Assembly (NCBI GenBank): GCA_046731605.1
Contig: JBKPLL010000056.1
Span: 1,664-65,663, forward strand
DNA: 64,000 nucleotides
Origin: Actinomycetota bacterium
GTDB lineage: Bacteria; Actinomycetota; Thermoleophilia; Gaiellales; Gaiellaceae
Reading direction: 5' to 3'
Of this stretch, positions 18,436-26,734 are shown in pieces. The notes under the pieces were generated by a model, which saw nothing but the letters and a program-made list of their open reading frames with translations, ran no database searches and had not been told where the DNA came from. Numbering within the stretch: position 1 is the first letter of the stretch; every line of letters begins with the position of its first letter. The position numbers were made by a program, and so were the translations under genes.

Positions 18436-19674
18436 GTGAGCCTGTCACCCGAGCGGACCGTTGCGGAGCTGCGCGAGCTGCAGGAGCTGACCGGCGACGA
18501 GAACGGATCCCAGCGCGTCGCGTGGACCGAGACGTGGGAGCGCGCACGCGTGTGGCTCCGCGAGAAGGTCGCTGCGACCGGGGCGGAGGAGGAGATCGAC
18601 GAGGCGGGGAACCAGTGGTTCACGCTGCCGGGAGCGTCCGAGCGCGCGCTCCTGATCGGCGGCCACATCGACTCGGTACCGAACGGCGGCTGGCTCGACG
18701 GCTGCCTCAACGTGCTCGCGGCGGTGGAGGTGCTGCGCCGGATCGCCGAGGAGGGGACACCGCCGCTGACGATCCGCCTCGTCAACTGGGCCGACGAGGA
18801 GGGCGCCCGCTTCGGCCGCTCGCTTTTCGGCTCCTCTGCGGCAGCCGGTTCGATGGGCGACCAGGACGAGCTGCGGCAGCGCCGCGACGCCGACGGGATC
18901 GCGCTCCCGGACGCCCTGGCTGAGCACGGAGTCGATCTCGACCGGGCGCTCGAGGCCCGCAGGCAGCTCGAAGGCGCGGCCGCTTACCTCGAACTGCACA
19001 TCGAGCAGGGCCCCGTGCTCGAGTCGCTCGACCTGCCGCTCGGCGTCGTCCTCGGCACCTTCGGCGTCGAGCGCCACCAGGTCACGTTCCGCGGCCAGGC
19101 CGCACACGCCGGCTCGACGCCGATGGACAAGCGCCGCGACGCGCTCGCCGGCGCCGCCAGGCTCGAGCTGAACATCCGCGAGATCGCGAAGCAGACGCCG
19201 GGCGGAGGGGTCTGCACGATGGGCAGAGTCGTCACGAAGCCCGGAATCGTCACCTCCGTCGTCGAGACCGCCGAGTGCCTGCTCGACCAGCGCCACCTCG
19301 AAGCGACCGAGCTCGCCGGAATGCTCCGCAGCGCGGAGACGGCGTCGCGCCAGTTCGCCGACGAAGAGGGGATCGAGGTCGAGTGGGAGAAGGTCTGGTC
19401 GATCGAGCCGATCCCGTTCGACGACGGGCTGATCGAGCTCGCCGACGAGTCGATCCGCGAGGTCGCGGGCTCCTCGCACCGTCTCCCGTCAGGCCCGCTG
19501 CACGACGCCGCCGAGGTGGCGCGTGCGGGGATCCCGACCGTGATGCTGTTCGTGCAGTCCCTCCGGGGTCTCTCGCACACGAAGCTCGAGGACACGAAGG
19601 AGGAGCACCTCGAGCTCTCGGTGCAAGCCCTCGACCGGCTGACCACGAAGGTGGGTCTCTTCGCAGAGACGTGA
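18436..19674 (+). CDS. M20-family Zn-dependent amidohydrolase (N-carbamoyl-amino-acid / beta-ureidopropionase / allantoate amidohydrolase type)
   Basis: 412-aa track ORF with GTG start. Motif GGHIDSVPNGGWLDG. Divergent from the dihydropyrimidinase gene with a 24-nt gap. Confidence 0.85.
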   Translation: MSLSPERTVAELRELQELTGDENGSQRVAWTETWERARVWLREKVAATGAEEEIDEAGNQWFTLPGASERALLIGGHIDSVPNGGWLDGCLNVLAAVEVLRRIAEEGTPPLTIRLVNWADEEGARFGRSLFGSSAAAGSMGDQDELRQRRDADGIALPDALAEHGVDLDRALEARRQLEGAAAYLELHIEQGPVLESLDLPLGVVLGTFGVERHQVTFRGQAAHAGSTPMDKRRDALAGAARLELNIREIAKQTPGGGVCTMGRVVTKPGIVTSVVETAECLLDQRHLEATELAGMLRSAETASRQFADEEGIEVEWEKVWSIEPIPFDDGLIELADESIREVAGSSHRLPSGPLHDAAEVARAGIPTVMLFVQSLRGLSHTKLEDTKEEHLELSVQALDRLTTKVGLFAET

Positions 19675-19988
19675 CTCCCGCTCAGCTACGGCGGCATTGC
19701 CTGAAGCTCCCCGAGGCCGAGGAGACGTTTCCGTTCGGCCCCGAGACGTCCGTGTTCAAGGTGGGCGGGAAGATGTTCGCGCTCGCGCAGCTGAAGCGCG
19801 AGCCGCTGAAGGTGAGCGTCAAATGCGAGCCGGAGCTGGGCGAGCAGCTGCGTGGGACGTACGACGAGATCGAGCCCGGCTACCACCTGAACAAGCGCCA
19901 CTGGCTGACGGTGATGTGCGGCGGCGCAGCGCCGGATGAGCTCGTCCGCGAGCTGGTGGCCGGCAGCTACGAGCTGGTCGCGGCGTAG
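19671..19988 (+). CDS. MmcQ/YjbR family DNA-binding protein
   Basis: GTG 19671 overlaps the upstream stop (GTGA). 105 aa: LKLPEAEETFPFGPETSVFKVGGKMFA...HLNKRHWLTV. Confidence 0.75.
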   Translation: MTPAQLRRHCLKLPEAEETFPFGPETSVFKVGGKMFALAQLKREPLKVSVKCEPELGEQLRGTYDEIEPGYHLNKRHWLTVMCGGAAPDELVRELVAGSYELVAA

Positions 19989-19998
19989 GCTCGCCCGC

Positions 19999-21129
19999 GT
20001 GCCGGGCGGGGAGCGAATCGGCGGGCTCGCGACCGCCGGCGGGATCGCGATCGGAGTCGCGGCGGGGTGGAACCTCGCAGCGCTCGGACCCGTCGCCACC
20101 CGCGAGAGTCACGCCTACGGCGTGGGCCTCGCCACGATCGGCCTCTTCGTCACCGTCCAGTTCGTGATGCACGGGGCGATGCAGGTGCCCGGCGGCCGCG
20201 CCGCCGACCGCTGGGGCGCTCGGCGGAGCACCGCCATCGGGCTTGCAGTGCTCGCGGTCGGCAACGCGGTGGCGCTTCCCGCCGCGACGCCGGCGCTCGG
20301 CTTCCTCGGCCGCGCGATCGTCGGAGTCGGGACCGGGCTCGCGTTCATCGGTGGCTCGGACTACATCCGCGCGCACGGCGGCTCGGCGACCCTGCAAGGC
20401 CTCTACGGCGGAGCTTCGGTGCTCGCCCCCGGCGTCGCGCTCGCGCTCATCCCGCTCTTCGCAGAGTGGACGGGCTTCCGGGCGCCGTACATCTCGACCA
20501 TCGGCGTCGTCATCGTTGCCGCCGTGCTGCTCTGGCTCTCGCCGGACACGCCCCGGATCGCGCGGCGGGCCGGGGAACGGCTCGACTGGAGCTTCGTCCG
20601 TGACTCGCGCCTGTACCGGTTTGCGGCGATCCACTCCTTCTCGTTCGGCTTCAGCGTGATCGTCGGCAACTGGGTCGTGACGCTCCTCGAGCATCACGGG
20701 CAGTCGAAGCCGGCGGCCGCGGCCGTCGGCTCGCTGACCCTGCTGCTCGGCTTCTTCACCCGGATCGCCGGCGGCTCGCTCCTGCGGCGCCCGAACGCGG
20801 ACCGGATCATCGCCTCGAGCCTCGTTCTCGGTGGCGCCGCCGCGATCGTGCTCACCTTGCCGCTGTCGCTGCCGGCGTACGTCGTCGTCGCGGCGGTGCT
20901 CGGCCTCGCGGCCGGTGTCCCCTTCGCCCGGGCCTTCACGGGCGCCGCCTCGGCCCGCCCGGACGGCCCCGGAGCGGCCGTCGGCTTCGTCAACGCCTGG
21001 GCTGCGCTGACGATCGTCGTGGGCACCCCGCTGGTAGGTCTCACCTTCGCGATGCCGGGCGACGGCAGACTCGGATTCGTCGTCCTCGGCGGCCTGGCGG
21101 CGCTGGCCTCGCTCGCGACGCCGCGGTAG
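19999..21129 (+). CDS. MFS transporter
   Basis: GTG 19999 in track ORF 19936..21129. About 12 hydrophobic segments. MFS loop motif GGRAADRWGARR. Confidence 0.8.
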   Translation: MPGGERIGGLATAGGIAIGVAAGWNLAALGPVATRESHAYGVGLATIGLFVTVQFVMHGAMQVPGGRAADRWGARRSTAIGLAVLAVGNAVALPAATPALGFLGRAIVGVGTGLAFIGGSDYIRAHGGSATLQGLYGGASVLAPGVALALIPLFAEWTGFRAPYISTIGVVIVAAVLLWLSPDTPRIARRAGERLDWSFVRDSRLYRFAAIHSFSFGFSVIVGNWVVTLLEHHGQSKPAAAAVGSLTLLLGFFTRIAGGSLLRRPNADRIIASSLVLGGAAAIVLTLPLSLPAYVVVAAVLGLAAGVPFARAFTGAASARPDGPGAAVGFVNAWAALTIVVGTPLVGLTFAMPGDGRLGFVVLGGLAALASLATPR

Positions 21130-21139
21130 GGTCAACGGC

Positions 21140-22159
21140 ATGGATTTCGGCGTCACCGTCCTCCCGGATCCGCCCTTTTCCCGCTGGCTCGAGCTGATCC
21201 AGCTCGCCGAGCGGCACGGCTTCGGCTACGCGTGGACGTACGACTCGCACGTCCTCTGGCAGGAGTCGGTGCCGATGCTCGCGGTCGCCACACGCGAGAC
21301 CTCCACGATCAGGCTCGGCCATTTCGTGACGAACCCGGCGACCCGCGACCCGACCGTGCTCGCGAGCGCGTACGCAACGCTCCACGACCTGTCGGGCGGG
21401 CGGATGGCGATGGGCATCGGCCGCGGCGACAGCGCCGTCCGCTACATCGGCCGGCAGCCGATGAGGGTCGCGGAATTCGAGCGCTCCTGCAGCATGATCC
21501 GCAACTTCATGAACGGCGACGAGGTGGAGTGGAACGACAAGCAGCTCCAGCTCAAGTGGGTGCGGCCGGAGCTGCCGCGCATTCCCATGTGGATCGCCGG
21601 CTACGGCCCCAAGGCGCTCGCCGTCGCCGGCCGCGTCGCCGACGGCGTGATCATCCAGCTCGCCGACCCCGAGATCATCCAGTGGATCATGGATACCGCC
21701 CGCCGCGCAGCGGAGGAGGCAGGACGCGATCCCGCGCAGCTCAAGTGCATCGTCGGCGCGCCGGCCCACATCTCCGATGACCTCGCGGACGCGCGCGAGC
21801 AGGTGCGCTGGTTCCCGGCCATGGTCTCGAACCACGTCATGGACCTGATCGACCGCTACGGGGCCGACGGGAGCGCGGTGCCGAAGGCGCTCACCGACTA
21901 CGTCCAGGCGCGGAAGTTCTACGACTACAACGAGCATTCGCGCGTCGGTGCGGCGCATGGCCAGTTCGTCACCGACGAGATCTGCGACCGCTTCTGCGTC
22001 CTCGGCACCGCCGAGCAGGCGAAGGCCAAGCTGCAGGAGCTCCAGGGGATCGGCGTCGACCAGTTCAACATCTACTTGATGACGCACGGACAGGAGGAGA
22101 CCCTGCAAGCTTTCGGAGACGAGATCATCCCCGAGCTCTCCTCCGAGATCCCTGCTTAG
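21140..22159 (+). CDS. luciferase-like monooxygenase (LLM) class oxidoreductase, probably F420-dependent
   Basis: 339-aa track ORF. LLM TIM-barrel pattern YAWTYDSH...NPATRDP...MGIGRGDS...IAGYGPKAL. Confidence 0.85.
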   Translation: MDFGVTVLPDPPFSRWLELIQLAERHGFGYAWTYDSHVLWQESVPMLAVATRETSTIRLGHFVTNPATRDPTVLASAYATLHDLSGGRMAMGIGRGDSAVRYIGRQPMRVAEFERSCSMIRNFMNGDEVEWNDKQLQLKWVRPELPRIPMWIAGYGPKALAVAGRVADGVIIQLADPEIIQWIMDTARRAAEEAGRDPAQLKCIVGAPAHISDDLADAREQVRWFPAMVSNHVMDLIDRYGADGSAVPKALTDYVQARKFYDYNEHSRVGAAHGQFVTDEICDRFCVLGTAEQAKAKLQELQGIGVDQFNIYLMTHGQEETLQAFGDEIIPELSSEIPA

Positions 22160-23891
22160 CCTCCAACACCTCCTCGAGCTCCGCCAGGCCTACCCGCTGT
22201 CGTGGTCGAGCGACGGCTCGTGGCTGCTCGTCGCATCGGACCTCTCGGGCACCCGCCAGCTCTACCGCCTGCCGGTCGAAGGAGGCGAGCTCGAGCAGCT
22301 GACGAGCTACGCCGAGCCGGTCGAGGGGCAGCTGCTCCCGGACGACCGCCTCCTGCTCGAGATCGACGAGGGTGGAAACGAGCGGACGCAGCTCTACCTC
22401 GAGGGCGAGCCGCTGGTCGTGGATCCGCGCTACATCCACCGCACACCGCACGTCTCCCACGACGGCACGCTGCTTGCGTACTCCACGAACCGCCGCAACG
22501 GCCTCGACTTCGACATCGTCGTGCGCCGGCTCGCGAGCGGGGAGGAGCGGAGCTTCGAGCTCGGTGGCTGGTGCGCCTCCGGCGAGATCTCGCCGGACGG
22601 CCGCTGGGTCGTCGCCGAGCAATTCGGTGAGCTGAGCGGCGACTCGAACCTGTTCCTCCTGGGGATCGAGAGCGGTGAGGTCGTCCACGTCACGCTCCAC
22701 GAAGGCCAGGCCGAGTACACACACCCCGTCTGGCTCGCCGACTCGTCCGGCTTTCTCAGCGCGACCAACGAGGGTCGCGACACCTTCGCGGTCGCGCGTT
22801 ACACCTTCGACGGCGGGTGGGAGACGCTCACCGAGTCGGCGTGGGATCTCGAGTGCGTCGGCGACAAGGACGGACGGCGCGTGCTCGTCGTCGCGAACGA
22901 GGACGGCTACACGAAGATCGACGGGCTCGCGCTGCCGGAGGAGGGGGTCGCCGAGCACTTCGTCTTCTCGCCGGACGGCAAGCGTGTTGCGTTCGGCTTC
23001 TCGACCACGACGGAGCCGCACCAGGTCTGGCTCCACGACTTCGAGTCGGGCGAGCCGCGGAAGCTGACCGACCTCGGGAGCGTCGAGGACGGCGTCGAGC
23101 CCGAGCTGCACCGGGTGGAAAGCTTTGACCATGAGCCGATCCCGGTCTTCCTCTTCCTGCCGGAAGGCGAGGGGCCGTTCCCGGTCGTCGTCATGGTGCA
23201 CGGCGGCCCGGAGAGCCAGTGGCGGCCGTGGTACTCGTCCGGCTTCGGCGCCCTGACCCAGTACCTCGCCTCGCGCGGCTACGCGGTCGCCGCACCGAAC
23301 GTACGCGGCTCGACGGGCTACGGCAAGCGCTTCGAGCACCTGGACGACGTGGAAAGGCGGCTCGACTCGGTCGCGGATCTCGCCTCGCTGCACGAGTGGC
23401 TCGCGGCGCGGCCGGAGATCGACGGCTCTCGCGCGGTGGTCTACGGGCGCTCGTACGGGGGCTACATGGTGCTGGCGGCGCTCGCGTTCCAGCCGGAGCT
23501 GTGGGCAGCGGGCATCGAGTTCGTAGGCATCTCCAACCTCCGTACCTTCCTCGAGAACACCTCGGAGTGGCGCCGGGCGGCCCGCGAGCGGGAGTACGGG
23601 CCGCTGAGCGACCCCGAGCTGCTCGAGCGGCTCTCACCGTGGAGCCGGCTGGACGCGATCCAGACGCCGCTCTTCATCGAGCACGGCCGCAACGACCCGC
23701 GCGTCCCGGTGAGCGAGTCGGAGGCGATCCACCGTGAGCTCGTGCGGCGCGGAGTCCGCTGCGAGCTCGCGATCTACGAGGACGAGGGGCACATGGTCGA
23801 GAAGCTCGAGAACCGCATCGACTCGTTCGAGCGTGCCACCGCCTTCCTCGACGAGGTGCTCGGGGCTACAGAGTTGGCGCCGATACGATGA
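22152..23891 (+). CDS. S9 family serine peptidase (beta-propeller + alpha/beta hydrolase)
   Basis: Track ORF 22419..23891 starts at the first GTG. The same frame is open from 22083 and clearly coding from 22158 (SLQHLLELRQAYPLSWSSDGSWLLVASDLSGTRQLYRL...). The only candidate initiator is CTG 22152. Nucleophile elbow GRSYGG. Confidence 0.8.
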   Translation: MLSLQHLLELRQAYPLSWSSDGSWLLVASDLSGTRQLYRLPVEGGELEQLTSYAEPVEGQLLPDDRLLLEIDEGGNERTQLYLEGEPLVVDPRYIHRTPHVSHDGTLLAYSTNRRNGLDFDIVVRRLASGEERSFELGGWCASGEISPDGRWVVAEQFGELSGDSNLFLLGIESGEVVHVTLHEGQAEYTHPVWLADSSGFLSATNEGRDTFAVARYTFDGGWETLTESAWDLECVGDKDGRRVLVVANEDGYTKIDGLALPEEGVAEHFVFSPDGKRVAFGFSTTTEPHQVWLHDFESGEPRKLTDLGSVEDGVEPELHRVESFDHEPIPVFLFLPEGEGPFPVVVMVHGGPESQWRPWYSSGFGALTQYLASRGYAVAAPNVRGSTGYGKRFEHLDDVERRLDSVADLASLHEWLAARPEIDGSRAVVYGRSYGGYMVLAALAFQPELWAAGIEFVGISNLRTFLENTSEWRRAAREREYGPLSDPELLERLSPWSRLDAIQTPLFIEHGRNDPRVPVSESEAIHRELVRRGVRCELAIYEDEGHMVEKLENRIDSFERATAFLDEVLGATELAPIR

Positions 23892-23900
23892 CCGCCGCGC

Positions 23901-23971
23901 GGCGCCTTGGCCGAGTGGTTAGGCATGGGTCTGCAAAACCCAGTACACCGGTTCGACTCCGGTAGGCGCCT
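23901..23971 (+). tRNA. tRNA-Cys (anticodon GCA)
   Basis: Acceptor GGCGCCT/AGGCGCC, anticodon arm TGGGT-CTGCAAA-ACCCA, T arm ACCGG-TTCGACT-CCGGT, discriminator T. Confidence 0.9.
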
Positions 23972-23979
23972 TTCAGAAA

Positions 23980-24004
23980 AAGCCCCGCATAGGGGCTTCT
24001 TTTG
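23980..24004 (+). terminator. intrinsic (potentially bidirectional) terminator after tRNA-Cys
   Basis: AAGCCCC-GCATA-GGGGCTT, flanked by an A-run upstream and CTTTT downstream. Confidence 0.6.
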
Positions 24005-24277
24005 GTCAAGGCTCGCGCGTTCCCAAAGAACCCGCGCGAGGATGAGACGTTCGATGCCCGCTTCCTCGCGTAGGCGAGGAACGAGCATGCCGAGGGCGTC
24101 TATCGCGAACCGTTCGCCGTAACGGTCGGACGGCTTCGGGTGAAAGTACGTTAACCCGTCGACGTCGAAAAAGGCGTGGGGCACATCGCGCTCTTCGAGA
24201 AGTTCCATGGTCTCGAAGGCGACGGCCGTCTTTCCGACACCGACAGGCCCGGTAATGAGAAGAACTGGCAGCGACAT
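24005..24277 (-). pseudogene. 3'-truncated P-loop NTPase/kinase gene
   Basis: ATG 24277, Walker A GPVGVGKT. Protein-like sequence stops near residue 91 (about 24005). The nominal track ORF (23774..24277) then reads through the terminator and the tRNA-Cys gene. Confidence 0.5.
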
Positions 24278-24298
24278 CGTGCTGATTATCCGAGCCGC

Positions 24299-24330
24299 GG
24301 AGCCAGTGTTCTGGAATGACCACTGGGCGC
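24299..24330 (-). repeat. module-boundary repeat, copy M1 (type A)
   Basis: Minus-sense GCGCCCAGTGGTCATTCCAGAACACTGGCTCC. Lies 21 nt upstream of the P-loop gene ATG and is followed by GATAAT. Confidence 0.7.
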
Positions 24331-24447
24331 TGCCACGAATGTTGGACGTGGCCCGAAGACGCCAGCGGCCTCGACCGACGAGTCAGCGCTGAAGGATGAT
24401 CCGCGAGCGCCCAATCTCATCCCGTGTCGCGTCCCAAGGAGGCAGTG

Positions 24448-24732
24448 ATGTACGCAGTCGTTCGCAGCTGGTCTGGCGATGGTGCTTCGGAACTGTTTGA
24501 TCAGCTCGAGCAGAGAAACGACGAGATCAAGGAACTCATCGGAGGGGTGCCCGGCTTCGTCAGCTACACAGCTTTTCGGATGAAGGAAGGTGGCAGCACT
24601 GTCACTGTCTGCCAGGACAAAACCGGCACAGACGAGTCCTCTAGGCGTGCCGCGGAATGGGTCAAGGAGAACATCAGCGCCACTACCGACCCACCCGTGA
24701 TCACTGAGGGCAGTACGGTCGCTCACTTCTAG
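24448..24732 (+). CDS. ABM-like (dimeric alpha/beta barrel) small protein
   Basis: ATG 24448 with AAGGAGG 6 nt upstream, inside track ORF 24424..24732. 94 aa: MYAVVRSWSGDG...VPGFVSYTAFRMKEGGSTVTVCQDKTG. The only plus-strand gene in the array. Confidence 0.75.
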   Translation: MYAVVRSWSGDGASELFDQLEQRNDEIKELIGGVPGFVSYTAFRMKEGGSTVTVCQDKTGTDESSRRAAEWVKENISATTDPPVITEGSTVAHF

Positions 24733-24760
24733 CGCCTGGACACAGTCAAGAGCAACCGCT

Positions 24761-24795
24761 GGCCTGAGCCGGTGTTTCGGACTGACGCCTGAGCG
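24761..24795 (-). repeat. module-boundary repeat, copy M2 (type A, diverged)
   Basis: Minus-sense CGCTCAGGCGTCAGTCCGAAACACCGGCTCAGGCC. Lies between the multicopper oxidase stop and the ABM-like gene stop. Confidence 0.65.
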
Positions 24796-24815
24796 CAGGT
24801 TGTCAGGCTAGGCGG

Positions 24816-26519
24816 TTACGGCTCGACCGTGAACGGGCGCATCATGTCGTTGTCTTCGTGCTCGACGATGTGGCAGTGGTGGACGTATGTCTGCGGTGCG
24901 GTCACGTTGGCGGGTAGTTCGAACTTGGCGCGGATGGTGGTGAAGTAGCCGGGGTCGGCCTTGACGGTGTCTTTGAAGCCGCGTTCGCTCCGGTCGGGTG
25001 GCTCCATCGGTCCGGTCGCAAATGGGGTGGGGTCGATTCCTCCGGGGACGCCGCCCCCGCCCGCCGGTTCATAAGCCTCCTCGTAGGCTGCCGCGTCGAA
25101 CGGTGTGCGGCCGACCACCTGGAAGGTGACGAGGTGGGTGTGCATGGGGTGGGTATCCGCGGTCAAGTTGACGTAGACCCAGTCCTCGACTGTGCCCACT
25201 TTGGGTGTCTCTGTTACCGGCGCGTCGAAGCGACTGCCGTTGAGGTTGAGGAACCAGGTTGGCTCGTCGACGTCGATTTCATTCAGGGTGATGTAGCGCG
25301 TCCGTGTCGGCTCCGGCAGCTGCGCTCTTCGTCCCGGCAAGCTCGAGGGAATCCTGCGCGGGCCCGGGCGGCTCACGGAGTGTCCGACCCGGATCTGCAT
25401 CACCTGCTCCAGTGACGGTGCTGGCGTCGAGACCGGCTTCTTGGGGTTGTGGTTCTTCATCATGAGGCGGGCGCCGGGGACCTTGCTGAAGTCGACGAGT
25501 ACGTCTGCTCGCTCGGCGGGTGCCAGGACGAGCTTCGTCACGGGCACGGGTTGATCCCACATTCCGCCCTCGGCGCCGATCTGCCACATCCTCGGTCCGC
25601 CCAAGTCGAGGCTCATGATGCGGGCGTTGCAGCCGTTGAGGATTCGCAGCCGGTACATGCGCGGCTCGACTTCCAGGAACGGCCACACCTTGCCGTTCAC
25701 GAGCATGACGTCACCGAAATACTCGCCGATCCAGGTCGCATCGGGAATGTCGCTGCGCGGGTAGAGGAAGGTCCCGTCCCGGTTGAACTGACGGTCTTGG
25801 ATCACGAGTGGGATCTCGTAAGGGCCACCTGGGATCCCGATCGGATTGGGCTCCTCGCCGGTGTCAAACTCGTCGCGCAGGATGTAGGCCGCCGCAAGCC
25901 CCGCGAACACGTTCAGGCGGGTCGCGCCCAGCCCGTGGTCGTGGAACCAGAGCATTGAGGCGGGCATCTGCGGCCTCTGGTTCGTGTACAGGACGCTCTG
26001 TGTCTCGTCTGGGCCGAAGCCCTCGGGCGTGATCGCAGGGTTGCCGTCGCTGTCGGCGGCGACGAACCCGCCGTGCAGGTGCGTCATCAGCCGCACCTGA
26101 TTACCAAGCGGCGTCAGCCGCGTGTCCACTGGAATCCAGGACGGGTAGGTATCGGGCAGCTCATTCGTGTACCTCACCCGCAGCGGAACGCCGCTCTCAG
26201 CGACCACCGCCATCCCGAACGAACCTGCCTGCCCGGCCAAGCCCGACCCGTCGTCATAGGCCCACAGTGGGGTCGGCGGCAAGTACGGATGCAGCTGGCG
26301 CTCGATTTGAGTCTGTGCGAACTCATACGCGTTCAAGCCGCTCGGCGCCGCCACGACCACGCCGGCCCCAGGCAGCGGAACAGGCTCCAGGTACTTGATC
26401 AGCCTGCCACCCACTCCGGCGCCTGCCGCCGGCACCCGAGCCGACCACGGCAACGCCAACGCGACTCCACCCGCCGCGCCGTACTGCAAGAACCGTCTCC
26501 GTGAAAACCGGGCCTCCAT
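24816..26519 (-). CDS. Tat-exported multicopper oxidase (CotA/bilirubin oxidase-like)
   Basis: ATG 26519 with GGGAGG upstream, in track ORF 24816..26612. Twin-arginine signal SRRRFLQYG. Copper motifs THLHGG, WFHDHG, HPMHTHL, HHCHIVEHEDNDMM. Confidence 0.85.
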   Translation of the reverse strand: MEARFSRRRFLQYGAAGGVALALPWSARVPAAGAGVGGRLIKYLEPVPLPGAGVVVAAPSGLNAYEFAQTQIERQLHPYLPPTPLWAYDDGSGLAGQAGSFGMAVVAESGVPLRVRYTNELPDTYPSWIPVDTRLTPLGNQVRLMTHLHGGFVAADSDGNPAITPEGFGPDETQSVLYTNQRPQMPASMLWFHDHGLGATRLNVFAGLAAAYILRDEFDTGEEPNPIGIPGGPYEIPLVIQDRQFNRDGTFLYPRSDIPDATWIGEYFGDVMLVNGKVWPFLEVEPRMYRLRILNGCNARIMSLDLGGPRMWQIGAEGGMWDQPVPVTKLVLAPAERADVLVDFSKVPGARLMMKNHNPKKPVSTPAPSLEQVMQIRVGHSVSRPGPRRIPSSLPGRRAQLPEPTRTRYITLNEIDVDEPTWFLNLNGSRFDAPVTETPKVGTVEDWVYVNLTADTHPMHTHLVTFQVVGRTPFDAAAYEEAYEPAGGGGVPGGIDPTPFATGPMEPPDRSERGFKDTVKADPGYFTTIRAKFELPANVTAPQTYVHHCHIVEHEDNDMMRPFTVEP

Positions 26520-26622
26520 CTCCGCCTCCCTGGTCGGCTCACCGCAACCCGCACACCCCGGGGACCTGTCCACGCTTACACACAGCCGCCCGACCTCCAT
26601 CCGCGAACACACACACGGCGAA

Positions 26623-26639
26623 CTGCGGAGTCTCCGCAG
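26623..26639. promoter_or_regulatory. perfect 8-1-8 palindrome upstream of the multicopper oxidase gene
   Basis: CTGCGGAG-T-CTCCGCAG, about 105 nt upstream of ATG 26519. An (AC)5 run lies at 26607-26616. Confidence 0.3.
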
Positions 26640-26700
26640 ACATTCGCGGACAACTGGTGAGGCGCAGAGACGACCAGATGGCGGACTGGCCGTAACACTC

Positions 26701-26734
26701 GGCTGGGCCAGTGTTCCGAATGACCCCTGAGCGG
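26701..26734 (-). repeat. module-boundary repeat, copy M3 (type A)
   Basis: Minus-sense CCGCTCAGGGGTCATTCGGAACACTGGCCCAGCC. Starts directly after the cyclase stop codon. Confidence 0.75.

Noticed and set aside
23774-24277. 167-aa ORF taken at face value
   Set aside because: Its C-terminal 75 residues are translated from the terminator hairpin and the tRNA-Cys gene. Only the first ~91 codons are gene-like, so I called it a truncated pseudogene.
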